64,000 nucleotides of DNA from positions 52,452,001 through 52,516,000 of the forward strand of contig JBMRGM010000035.1 of NCBI GenBank assembly GCA_052327205.1, in the 5' to 3' direction. The notes beneath the pieces were generated by a model that was not told the origin of the DNA, ran no database searches, and saw only the letters and a list, made by a program, of their open reading frames with translations. Shown here in pieces: positions 1 through 11,775 of this stretch (position 1 is its first letter; each line of letters opens with the position of its first letter). The stretch comes from Somniosus microcephalus (lineage: Eukaryota). Both the position numbers and the translations under genes were made by a program.

Positions 1-340
1 GTCCTGAAGGACGTCGCTTTTAACCGGGTCCATACCCAGACTCCAAGAGGACCACCCCCCCGACCACCAGAGATCAGCGGGGTACATATCAGGACCACTA
101 CAAAGACCACCACCACACCAACCGAGACCAGAGAGGATCCCCATGCAAAACAACAATATCAGACCTGCACCACTCCTGTCCCACAGGGGAACAGGACCGC
201 TCCCAGCCAGACAGAGGGAGAGATGCACAGGACGTACGCAATACCTCAGACAGAAACAATCCATTAAGAGACAATAAGCAGATGTGCAGCAGCATCTACT
301 TCCGCCTTATGGATCAAGGACTAATTAATAGAAAGAACTG
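1..340 (+). pseudogene. 3' end of ORF1 of the RTE-X-like LINE (frameshifted, runs off the window start)
   Basis: Frame 1 reads VLKDVAFNR then a Pro/Thr-rich tract. A shifted frame gives a ...KQMCSSIYFRLMD tail. It lies directly upstream of the APE-RT ORF. Confidence 0.45.
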
Positions 341-454
341 TAACCAAATAGTATTAACTTTTATAGACAACTGAGATGATCTTTTTTTCCCACACTTAGA
401 CACGACAAACACGTACCACTCTTTAACCTATCATAGTAAAAGATCAAACTTAAC

Positions 455-3400
455 ATGAAATCCTTATATATTTCGACCTGGAATATCCAAGGTCTACGCT
501 CTTCGGTGCTCTACGTGAAGAGTAGGACCCCAGAGTTCATGGATGAAACTAAAGATCTAGATATTATCATTTTACAGGAAACTTGTTATAAAGGAAAAGG
601 ACACACTGGCTGTCCCCAAGGGTACACTGAGCTGGTGGTCCCCTCCAATAAATTACCAAGTGTAACCCAAGGCAGAGACTCCGGAGGCATACTGATCTGG
701 TTTAAAACAGAACTTAAGAATTACATCAAATTTATAAAAAAGGGCGAAAACCACATGTGGCTCAAAATTGAGAGGGAGATTATCTCAAACACCCAAGATG
801 TTTACATTTGCGCACTTTATATCCCTCCAATCGAATCCCCGTACTTTAAAGAGGACACCTTCTCCAACATAGAGGGGGAAATTATCCAATACCAGGCCCA
901 GGGGAACGTGTTGATCTGTGGGGACCTCAATTCAAGAACGGGCGAAGAACCAGACTTCACCAATAATCAGAGAAACAATTACGTATTCGGGAATAACCAC
1001 TTTGACATCCCTTCCCTGCCATACAGGCATAACTGCGACAAGCAGACAAATACCAACGGAAAACAGCTACTACAGCTCTATCGAAACCTGGGTCTGTACA
1101 TTGTCAATGGTAGGTTCATAGGAGACCTCCTAGGAAGATCGACCTATTGCTCACCTCTTGGCTGCAGCACAGTAGACTATATGATTACAGATTTAGACCC
1201 ATCCTCTTTCAGAGCATTCACAGTCAAACCACAAACAACACTGTCAGATCACAGTCAAATTACTATGTATCTCAAAAAGACAGAAGCAAACAACATAGAA
1301 ACACAACCCAGTAAACTGTACAACACCAAAAAATCGTACAGATGGGCCAAAAACGACACGGAAAAATATCAGAAAACAATTAGCAATGCATCAACTCAAG
1401 CTCTCTTGGACACCTTTCTGGATAACATATACACTCACAATAAAGAAGGCGTAAACCGGGCAGTAAATAACCTAAACAATATTTTTGATAATTTGGCAAC
1501 AAGTGCAAACTTGAAAGCCCGCAAGAACAAACCCAAAACAAAAAAATATGAAAAATGGTTTGACCCAGATTGCCATAACATGAGGAAAAAACTTAGAAAA
1601 ATATCAAACCAAAAACACAGACATCCAGAAAACGAGGAATTACGCCTTACTTATTGTCAGACACTAACACAATACAGAAACACACTCAGAACCAAAAAAG
1701 AGCAATATATTAAGAATACACTCAGCTCCATGGAGGAATCCATTGATTCCAATTGTTTCTGGGACAACTTGAATACACTGCACAAAAAACAACACGACGA
1801 ATTGGCCATTCAAAATGGGGACACATGGGTAAACCACTTTGAAAAATTGTACCAGAAAAACACACTAAGGCCAGAGCAACACCAAATATGCAAAAAACTG
1901 GAAAAGCTAGAAATGGCCATAAAAGATAACCAAAACCCGCTAGACTCCATAATAACAGAAAAAGAACTTTTTGAAAAACTCAAGGGCCTGCAACCAGGAA
2001 AAGCTTGCGGGACAGACGGCATACTAAACGAGATGATTAAACACACAGACGACAAAATGAAACTGGCTATCCTAAAACTCTTCAACTTGGTTCTGAGTGT
2101 CGGTTATTTCCCGGATATCTGGAACAAAGGACTCATAACGCCCATATACAAAAGTGGGGACAAAGTCGACCCAAACAACTATCGAGGCATCTGTGTAAAC
2201 AGTAACCTGGGGAAGGTATTCTGTAGCATCATAAACAAAAGACTTATAAACTTCCTTGAGGAGCACAATGTCTTGAGTAAAAGCCAAATTGGATTCCTGC
2301 CAAACTATAGAACATCAGATCATATCTTCACCCTACAGACCCTCATTGACAAACACGTTCACAATAACAAAAGCAAAATCTACGCATGCTTTATAGATTT
2401 TCAGAAGGCTTTCGACTCCATCTGGCATGACGGTTTATTCCTGAAACTTATTGAAAGCGGGGTAGTGGGAAAAACATATGATGTAATTAAATCAATGTAT
2501 ACAAACAACAAATGTGCAGTTAAAATTGGAGACAAACAAACAAAATACTTCCCACAGGGGCGGGGGGTGACGCAGGGCTCGCCAATCTCACCGACACTCT
2601 TTAACATTTACATAAATTAATTGGCAAAACTACTTGAACAATCTACAGCACCCGGCCTCACCCTATATGAATCCAAGGTTAAATTCCTCCTCTATGCCGA
2701 CGACCTGGTTCTGCTGTCACCAACTAAGGAGGGTCTACAGCAGAACCTGGACCTGCTGGAGTCGTACTGCCAGACTTGGGCACTGACAATAAATCCCCAA
2801 AAAACCAAAGTCCTTGTGTTCCAGCAAAGATCCAAACATCAGGGACCCAAAATAAATTTCACACAAGGAACAACCAAAATTGAACAAACCACTAACTACA
2901 CATTCACAATTCACAATTCAATTCAAATCGCTTTATTGGCATGATAAGTTACATCTTATGTTGCCAAAGCATCAAAATACATTTATGGTTTAGCACATAA
3001 ACGCAGTTCTATTCATACAGTGTATAAACTTGGGCTTAAAAATCAGTTCTACGGGAAACTTCAAACTGGCTGTGAATGAACTGAAAGAGAAAGCAAGAAG
3101 GGCTTACTATGCCATTAAAAAATCAATCCAAATAGAAATCCCAATTAGCATTTGGCTAAAAATTTTCATATCAGTAATTGAACCAATTGCACTCTATGGC
3201 AGTGAGGTATGGGGACCGCTAACAGAACAAGAATTTGCAAAATGGGACAAACACCCAATTGATATCCTACATGCAGAATTCTGTAAAAGTATCCTCCGGA
3301 CTCAAAGGAAAACAGTAAACAATGCATGCAGGGCGGAACTAGGCCAATATCCATTAATAATCACTATCCAAAAAAGAGCCACCAAATTTTGTAATCACCT

Positions 3401-4207
3401 ACAAATGAGCAACCCCCAATGCTATCACTACGACGCCCTGAAATGCCAAGAGCTGACCATAAAGAAGAATACCCTCAGTCAACTAGTCCTGGGACTCAGT
3501 AAAGTAACTACTAACACTACTAACAATAACCAGCCCCAGGACAGTGACAGCGTAACACAAAGAATTCGACCCAACACAATCGTCGCCAAGCAAAAGGAAA
3601 AATATCTGACATATTGGGCAGAAACAACAAAAACCCAAAGCAAACTCAATTGCTACCTGGCCCTAAACAGACAATACAACATAGCTGATTACCTGACCAT
3701 GGTAAAGGATAACAAACTGAGAAGAACCTTGACAAGGTACAGACTTAGCGAACATAGCCTAGCGATCGAAAAAGGCAGACACAGGCAGACCAGGCTCTCA
3801 CTGCAGTCAGGGAGTCGTGGAGACGGAGATGCACTTCCTCACAGCTTGTGGAAAATATCAGGGCATCAGGGAGAATTTCTACCAAAAATTCTCACACATA
3901 TGCCCTGAATTCAGAAATCTGAATGACAACCAAAAACTCCCATACCTACTGGGGGAGGAGAGAAGCTGTATAACACTGGCGGCACACTATGTTACAGCTT
4001 GCCATGAACAGAGGCACAACCAGTAAACTAAGAAAAGAGCATATATAAATAATGCGAATGTATATTTATGCACTCAGGGATACACCTGTTTATACACTGT
4101 ATGAATAGAACTGCGTTTATGTGTTCAACCATAAATGTATTTTGATGCTTTGGCAACATAAGATGTACCTTATCATGCCAATAAAGCGATTTGAATTTGA
4201 ATTTGAA
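455..4207 (+). mobile_element. RTE-X-like non-LTR retrotransposon, ORF2 (APE endonuclease + RT) and 3'UTR, disrupted
   Basis: APE motifs (WNIQGL, ILQET, GDLNSR, SDH) and RT motifs (NYRGI, FIDFQKAFDS, QGSPISP, LLYADD). C-terminus RYRLSEHSLAIEKGRH...ETEMHFL. Premature TAA at 2618-2620, insertion at about 2903-3028, frameshifting deletion near 3800. AATAAA near 4180 then a (TTTGAA)n tail. Confidence 0.85.
2903..3028 (-). mobile_element. 5'-truncated copy of the same LINE's 3' end, inserted antisense in its RT ORF
   Basis: Near-exact reverse complement of 4088-4207, including the polyA signal and tail. Removing it restores ...NYTYLGLKI. Confidence 0.9.
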
Positions 4208-4208
4208 T

Positions 4209-4305
4209 TAGTATAGTCTTAATACATACAGCTATATACAGCGCTACAGAGCTCTACGGCTCCACCTAGTGTCCACTATAGAATGACATGTTTTTGATCG
4301 TTACA
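4209..4305 (-). mobile_element. 5' part of a Gypsy LTR (same family as the 6983-9691 element), interrupted by the RTE-X LINE
   Basis: Reverse complement TGTAACGATCAAAAACATGTCATTCTATAGTGGACACTAGGTGGAGCCGTAGAGC matches the start of the LTRs at 6983 and 9430. Confidence 0.85.
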
Positions 4306-4384
4306 ATATCCTGGAAAATGAGTTTACAAACGTCACTAAGTACAGGCTAGAAATTCAGAACATTCTGTCGTCCGAGCTCCTGTC

Positions 4385-4952
4385 TGAAGATGGCCGCGCA
4401 TGCGCTGTGCAGCGCCAACCCCACTGGGTAACCCGGACCTCTCACTGATCAGAAAACCAGCAGGTTCCGCCCTTCTGGTCACAAATGGCAACCAATGGGC
4501 CAATGGATTTCCGGGTGCCCACCCCGCCCCCAGTGCCTGCGCTCTGACGTCACAGAGCCCGAGCTGCCAAGTTACAGAACGTCACATAGCGCAGGTTGCC
4601 GGGTTCCTGACGTCATAAAATCAGCGTTGAGGCGGTTAAACGGCCGCGTCTTTTCAAATCAGGAGCATCGCGACCCTCCGACCCAGAAGGTGGGCGGGTC
4701 GGCTTTGGATGCGCTCAGCCGGGCTCCCATTGGTCGGCCTGCTGTCAATCAACTTTTCCAGCCAGCAGCAGGGGCGGAAAGCAGTGACTCGATGAGCGCG
4801 CTGTGAGGCCGCACTGCGCATGTCTCGGGTCCCCGGATGGAGGCGGTTGCTGAAAGAAAACAAAATGGCGGAAAGTACGCGAGCGAATCCAAGAGGAGAG
4901 AGCCGGAATGGATTGGCCGGAGGAGCTGCGGCCTCGGGGGCTTAGGGTGAGT
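4385..4952. promoter_or_regulatory. CpG-island promoter copy 1 with a putative non-coding first exon (+) ending at donor GTGAGT 4947
   Basis: CpG-dense. YY1-like AAGATGGC (4387) and CAAAATGGCG (4861), NRF1 GCGCATGCGC (4396), CRE TGACGTCA (4545, 4608), CCAAT boxes, GC boxes, CHR-like TTCAAA (4653). Paralogous to 14400-14796 and 43460-43715. Confidence 0.7.
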
Positions 4953-5044
4953 GTCCCGGGGCTGAGCCACTGCCAGTGGGGGGAGGGGATAAGCGGGGCT
5001 GAGAGTGAGCCGGACACTCATTCTCCCTAAAGTGCTCCGAGACT

Positions 5045-5660
5045 TCCCGTCCCCCCTCTCCCCTCTCCCCGTCCCCCCTCTCCCCTCTCCGTCACCCCCT
5101 CTCCGTCCCCCTCCCCCCCGTCCCCATTCCCCCTCCCCCCCGTCCCCATTCCCCCCTCCGTCCCCCTTCCCCCCCTCTCCGTCCCCCTTCCCCCCCTCTC
5201 CGTTCCCTTCCCCCCCCTCTCCGTCCCCCCCTCTCCGTCCCCCTTCCCCCCCTCTCCGTCCCCCTTCCCCCCCTCTCCGTCACCCTTCCCCCCCTCTCCG
5301 TCCCCCTTCCCCCGCTCTCCGTCCCCCTTCCCCCGCTCTCCGTCCCCCTTCCCCCGCTCTCCGTCCCCCTTTCCCCGCTCTCCGTCCCCCTTCCCCCGCT
5401 CTCCGTCCCCCTTCCCCCCCTCTCCGTCCCCCTTCCCCCCCTCTCCGTCCCCCTTCCCCCCTCTCCCTCCCCCTTCCCCCCCTCTCCCTCCCCCTCCCCC
5501 CTCGCCCTCCCCCTTCCTCCCCCTCGCCCTCCCACTCGCCCTCCCCCTCCCCCTCCCCCTCGCCCTCCCCCTCGCCCCCGCGCCCCCCCCCCGCCCCCCC
5601 CCCCCGCCCGCCCCCCCGCCCGCCCCGCATCGCCCTCCCCCCTCGCCCTCCCCCCTCGCT
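5045..5660. repeat. C-rich low-complexity tract with a 21-bp minisatellite (CCCCCTCTCCGTCCCCCTTCC)n
   Basis: Direct reading of the sequence. It produces the spurious Pro-rich and Gly/Arg-rich ORFs. Confidence 0.9.
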
Positions 5661-5663
5661 CCA

Positions 5664-6050
5664 CAGTGAATGGCTGTTTTTCAGACTGGAGGGAGGTATA
5701 CAGTGGTGTCCCGCAGGGTTCAGTACTGGGCCAACTGCTGTTTTTGATATACATTACTGACTTGGACTTGGGGGTGCAGGGCACAATGTTGACATTTCCT
5801 GCTGACTCGAAACTTGGAAGTGTATAACACAGTGAGGAAGATAGTAATAGACTTCAGGAAGACATAGACAGGCTGGTGGATTGGGCGGACACATGGCAGA
5901 TGAAATTCAACACAGAAAGTGTGAGGTGATACAGTTTGGTAGGAACAATGAGGAGAGACAAGCCAATCTACATGGTACAAATTTAAAGGGGGTGCAAAAA
6001 CAGAGACCTGGAGGTGCTTGTGCACAAATCTTTCGGGGCAGGACAGGTTA
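5664..6050 (+). mobile_element. CR1 LINE RT fragment (decayed)
   Basis: [10 protein letters not shown]-like, ADD-like and WQMKFN motifs in broken frames. Confidence 0.75.
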
Positions 6051-6982
6051 ACCAACAACAAGAACTATTTATATAGTGCCTTTAATGTTGTAAAATGTCA
6101 TAAGGTGCTGCACAGAAGTAATTTAAGACAAAAAATTGGACACTAATCCACAAGGATAAATTAGGGCAGGTGACCAAAATCTTGCTCAGAGGTAGGTTTT
6201 ATGGAGCGTCTTAAAGGAGGAAAGAGAGGTAGCGAGGCAGACTGGTTTAGGCAGGGAATTCCATAGCTTAGGGCCCAGGCAACAGAAGGCACGGCCACCA
6301 AAGGCTGAGCGATTATGACAGCCTGTTTCTTTAACTGAATCTTTTTGGTCATTTTATAAATTTATCTGAAATGTTTGAATAATTGTCAAGCGATATCTGC
6401 TGAGTGTATTTCTATATAGGACTCTGATGGCTCGGGGGAGCAGGGTTCCCAGTCACATTAAAATAATGCTAAAAAGGCAAAGAGCTACTCTGAAATTAAA
6501 TTATCAAGGAATATAAAAAGAAAAAGTAAATTATTCTACAGATACATGAATAACAAAACAAAACAGGAGAGGGACAGGGCCACTGAAGGATGGACAAGAT
6601 AAACTCGCAGGTAATGACAGCGAAATGGCAGCAATATTGGAGAATTACTTTGCCTCAGTTCTCATCAGGTTGACTAACAAGTTGGACATGACATTGGAAG
6701 AAGAGATCAAAAAAGATATCAAGTCATTTAAAATAGAAAGGGGGGAAAATAATTAATAAACTAGCAAAAGTTAGAGAGGATAAAACCCCGATACTAAAAG
6801 AAGGAAGGGAAGAGAGAGCACCATTATATAAACTCGGGAATAGTCAGTGTAATTTCCAAATTTATAGATGACAGCAAATTCGGGCGTATAGTTTATACTG
6901 AGGAGCACTGTGACAAAATACAAGAAGATGTTAATAAACTGGCAGGTTGGTGTGTAAATGGCAAATTAATTTCAATATAGGT

Positions 6983-9691
6983 TGTAATGATCAATAACAT
7001 GTCATTCTATAGTGGACACTAGGTGGAGCCGTAGAGCTGTGTAGAGCTGTATATTGCTGTATGTCTGTACCCATGAGGCACTAGGCTACCCACAAGGCAG
7101 CAGTCAAGATGGAAACCTCTAGAATGATGCTGTAGAAGTCCTCATGTACTGAAGTCCTCATATACTAAATAAAGTGACCAGCTTAGAAGCTAGCTGTGTT
7201 CATAATAAGAATGTCTAGTTATTAATGAACACAACATGGTACCAGGAGTTGTAAATATCTGCTAAAAAATTGTGAAAAGCGACAAGGAGAATTTGAAGCC
7301 ACCAGAGCGTTTGAAACTCACGGGAAATGTCGACTACAATTGGCGGATTTTTAAACATCAATTCGAACTCTACATTGCTGCCATTGGGTTCGGTACGAAG
7401 CCAGACGCAAGGAAGGTAGCGTTGCTGCTCACGGTTGCAGGCCCACAGGCGATAGAGGTATTTAATACATTCGTATTTAATCCAGAGGAGAACAGAGACA
7501 AATTAGACGATGTGCTAAAGAAGTTTGATACACATTGTTCTCCCAAAAAGAATGAGACCTATGAAAGATACATGTTCTGTTCAAGGACACAGCAGCAAAA
7601 TGAGACTTTTGATAGCTTTGTGACTGATCTGAAACTGAAAGCACAGACATGTAATTTCTCTGAGCTGAAAGCATCCATGATTCGTGACCAAATTGTGTTT
7701 GGTATTCATGATAAAATGGTCAGGGAACGTCTGTTGAGAGAAACCGAACTGACATTGGAAAATGCTGTGAAAATATGCCAAGCCAGTGAGCTAGCTTGAC
7801 AGCACACGAAGACTTTCAGTGAAATCAATAATGATGCGATTGTAGTAAGTGCTGCTGTCGGTGCTGTGTCCTACAAGGGGAAGAAACATGGGCAGAACAG
7901 AAATGAAAAGCAATCGGAGGAAGGAATTTTTAATTGTAAACGCTGTGGATACAAACACCAGTTAAGACAATGCCCAGCGTTTGGAAAAATGTGCACAAAA
8001 TGTCGTGGAAAGAATCACTTTGCCAAACAATGCTTTTCAAAAGTAACAACAAAGAAAGGGCAACAAGTCAATATGATTGAGGACACTGATTTAAGTGAGA
8101 CATTTTTTGTAGGAATGGTGTCATGTGACAACATAGAAAAGGATACAGAAAATGTGCAGCCCTCAGGAATAAACAATGCTGAACATAACGTCAATGGAGT
8201 AAAAGAGGACAAATGGATGATCCCACTGCAGGTAAATGGAGCATTAGTTACATTGAAACTAGACACTGGGGCAAAAGCAAACTTAATCAGTATGAGTGAC
8301 ATTAAAAACATGAAAGAAAAGCCCAAAATACGGAAAAAGTCAGTACTACTGAAGAGCTATAATGGACAGAAAATAGATAGCTTAGGTGTATGCAGACTTA
8401 AAGTAACAGTCAAAGACAAAGTGCATCCTCTCATGTTTTCTGTTGTGGCTGAAGGACTTGATTCACTACTGGGTGACAAAGCTTGTGAGGACTTGGAACT
8501 GGTCAAGAGAGTCTACCGTATAAACTGTGCCATAAGCAGACCAGATGACTCGGTGGATTCTGTAGTGAATAATTTCCAGGATGTGTTCAAAGGATTTGGA
8601 GTTCTACTATTCACTTACAAGATCCAGCTAAAGGAGGATGGTCAGCCAGTGGTACATGCTCCACGAAGAGTTCCAGCACCCCTGCGTCACCGGCTCAAGA
8701 AAGAACTGGACAGAATGACCACACTAGGAGTCATCAGGAAAGTCGAAGAGCCAACAGACTGGGTTAACTCTATGGTATGTGTGAAGAAGAAGAACAATGA
8801 TCTAAGAATATGCATGGATCCAAAGGACTTAAATGCAAACATAAAACGTGAACACTACCAGATTCCCAAGCGAGAAGAAATCACCAGTGAAATGTCAGGT
8901 GCCAGATACTTTACAAAGCTCGATGCCTCAAGGATTTTGGCAACTAAAACTGGATGAAGAGAGCACCAAATACTGTACCTTCAACACACCATTTGGCAGG
9001 TATTGTTTCCTCAGAATGCCTTTAGGGATAATATCTGCATCTGAAATCTTTCATAGAGCGAAATTGAAGGTCTGGAAGGAGTCCGGGTCTATGTTGATGA
9101 CATTATCATCTGGGGCTCCACACTAAAAACACAAGAGACTATACAAGAGCAGATCGATGACAATGCCGCAACTGCATCTTGTCAATCACCACCAGATCAA
9201 TCTCATGAAGACACATCAGACTTACCCGTGTTGAGAAGATCCACACGTGAAGTAAAAAAGCCTGATAGACTTAATCTTTGAGTATAAAGTAAAACTTTGA
9301 AAATGTGTTGACTGTTGTGAAAATGTTTATGTTTATAGAGCCCTGGCAAAAGTGTTACTGATATCATCTTTATTGTTTTTCTTGAAAGTTGATTGATATT
9401 GAATTTGTTTAACATCAAAGAAAGGGGGATGTAATGATGAATAACGTCATTCTATAGTGGACACTAGGTGGAGCCGTAGAGCTGTATATAGCTGTATGTC
9501 TATAATATATATAAGACTACATTACCCACGAGGCACTAGGCTACCCACAAGGCAGTAGTCAAGATGGAAACCTCTAGAATGATGCTGTAGAAGTCCTCAT
9601 GTACTGAAGTCCTCATATACTAAATAAAGTGACTAGCTTAGAAGCTAGCTGTGTTCATAATAAGAGTGTCTATTTATTAATGAACATAACA
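6983..9691 (+). mobile_element. Ty3/Gypsy LTR retrotransposon, internally deleted (RNase H and most of integrase lost)
   Basis: LTRs 6983-7236 and 9430-9691 (TG...CA). 5-bp TSD TAGGT at 6978-6982 and 9692-9696. PBS TGGTACCAGGAG at 7237. PPT AAAGAAAGGGGGA before the 3' LTR. Confidence 0.93.
7272..9281 (+). pseudogene. Gypsy gag-pol remnants (Gag with CCHC knuckles, protease, partial RT, pol C-terminal tail)
   Basis: CKRCGYKH...CPAFGKMCTKCRGKNHFAKQC, LDTGA, RICMDP, YVDD near 9090, then a jump to LRRSTREVKKPDRLNL*. Stop at 7797 and frameshifts. Confidence 0.88.
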
Positions 9692-10574
9692 TAGGTAAGT
9701 GAAGTGATGGATTTTGGAAGGAGGAATAAGGAGGCCACATATTCCTTGGAAAGTAATTCCCAGTTCATTTCTAGAGTAAGAGAATTGCAAAGCAGAGAAG
9801 TTATGTTAAACATGTACAGACCTTGGTTAGACCACACTTGGAGCACTGTACAGTTCTGGTCTCCATATTACAAAAAGGATATGGAGACACTGGAGAACGT
9901 GGAAAATAGATTGACAAGAATGATACCAGAACTGAGAGGTTCTAAGTATCCAGAATGATTGAACATGTTTGGACTCTTTCTCTAGGAAAGAGAAGGCTGA
10001 GCAATGATCTAATAGAGATCTGTGTAATTATGAAGGGGTTTGATAGGGTAGATGTCGAAGATGTTACCATGTGTAGCGAGTCCAAAACTAGGGGTGATAA
10101 ATATAAGATAGTCACTAATAAATGCAATAAAGCCTAGCTTTAATTTTAATGTTTTGCCCCTTGTTCAGGACTTTCCCACCAGATGAAATAGTATCTCTCG
10201 ACCATCTTAAACACCTCAATTATATTACCCTTAATTTTCTATATTCAAGGAAGTAAAAGACTAGTCTGTGCAACCTGTCCTCATCATTTAACCCTTTCAG
10301 CCCCGGGTATCATTGTGGTGAATCTGTGCTGAACCCCCGCCAAAGCTAACACATCATTCTTGAGTTGTGAGGTCCAGAATGCAATGGGCTCTTCACTTGC
10401 ATGTTTTAGTATATTTGGATGCAATTCATCCTGTCCTGAGGATTTATCATCTCTAACTTTTATTAGTTTATAAATTCAGGAACAGAAATGGTATAGAGTG
10501 GGATGGGGGACCGAGCAACAGTGGTAATGTAGAGGGAGCTCAGAATTGTACCTGCCCTAGGAATGCTCGATGCT

Positions 10575-11775
10575 CCAGGGCGGATAAAGGGGAACCAGTA
10601 GATGTAGTGTATTTGGATTTCCAGAAGGCATTCGATAAGATGCCGCATAAAAGGTTACTGCACAAGATAAGAGCTCATGGTGTTGGGGATAATATATTCA
10701 GATAGAGGATTGGCTAACTAACAGAAAACAGAGAGTCGGAATAAATGGGTCATTTTCAGGTTGGCAAACTGTCTAGTGGGGTGCCACAGGGATCAGTGCT
10801 GGGGCCTCAACTATTTACATTCTATATTCATGACTTGGATGAAGGGACCGAGTGTATTGTTGCCAAATTTGCTGACGATACATAGATAGGTGAGAACGCA
10901 AGTTGTGAGGAAGACACAAAGTGTCTGCAAAGGGATAGCGATAAGTTAAGAGAGTGGGCAAAAATTTGGCAGATGGAGTATAATGTGGGAAAATGTGAAG
11001 TTATTCACTTTGGTAGGAAGAATAAAAAAGCCAAATATTATTTAACTGGAGAGAGACTACAGAATGCTGCGATACAGAGGGATCTGGGTGTCCTCGTCCA
11101 TGAAACATAAAGTTAGCATGCAGGTACAGCAAGTAATTAGGAAGGCAAATAGAATATTGGCCTTTATTGCAAGGGGGATGGAGTATAAAAGATTGGAAGT
11201 CTTGCTACAACTGTTTAGGGCGGTGAGTCCACACCTGGAGTACTGCGCACAGTTTTGATCTTCTTATTTAAGGAAGGATATATATGCGTTGAAGGCAGTT
11301 CAGAAGTTTCACTAGGTTGATTCCTGGTATGAACGGGTTGTCTTGTGAGGAAAGATTGGGCCGATACTCATTGGAGTTTAGAAGAATGAGAGGTGATCTT
11401 GAAACATATAATATTCTGAGGGGACTTGACAGGGTAGATGCAGGGAGGATGTTTCCCCTCGTGGGGGAATCTAGAATTGGGGGCATAGTTTCAGAATAAG
11501 GAGTTGCCCATTTAAAATGGAGATGAGGAGGAATTTCTTCTGAGGGTCATGAATCTTTGGAATTCTCCACCCCAGAGAGAGCTGAGGAGACTGAGTCATT
11601 GAATATATTCAAGGTGGAGATAGACAGATTTTTGAAAAACGGGAATCAAGGGTTATGGGGAAACGGCAGGTAAGTGGAGTTGAGGCCAAGATCAGATCAG
11701 CCATGATCTTATTGAATGGCGGAGCAGGCTCGAGGGGCCAAATGGCCAACTCCTGCTCGTATTTCTTATGTTCTT
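10575..11775 (+). mobile_element. 5'-truncated CR1 LINE with ATGCT target duplication
   Basis: RT motifs (VDVVYLDFQKAFDK, FADD) and a CR1 3'UTR ending (TTCTTATG)n. ATGCT at 10570-10574 and 11776-11780. Confidence 0.85.

Noticed and set aside
4864-4946. ATG GCG start in the first exon (also at about 14711) as a coding start
   Set aside because: Both copies reach a stop before the donor and the frames are not conserved. AAAATGGCG is better explained as a YY1 site.
5005-5784. Pro-rich (+) and Gly/Arg-rich (-) ORFs of 116-251 aa
   Set aside because: Stop-free translations of the C-rich minisatellite, with no other coding evidence.
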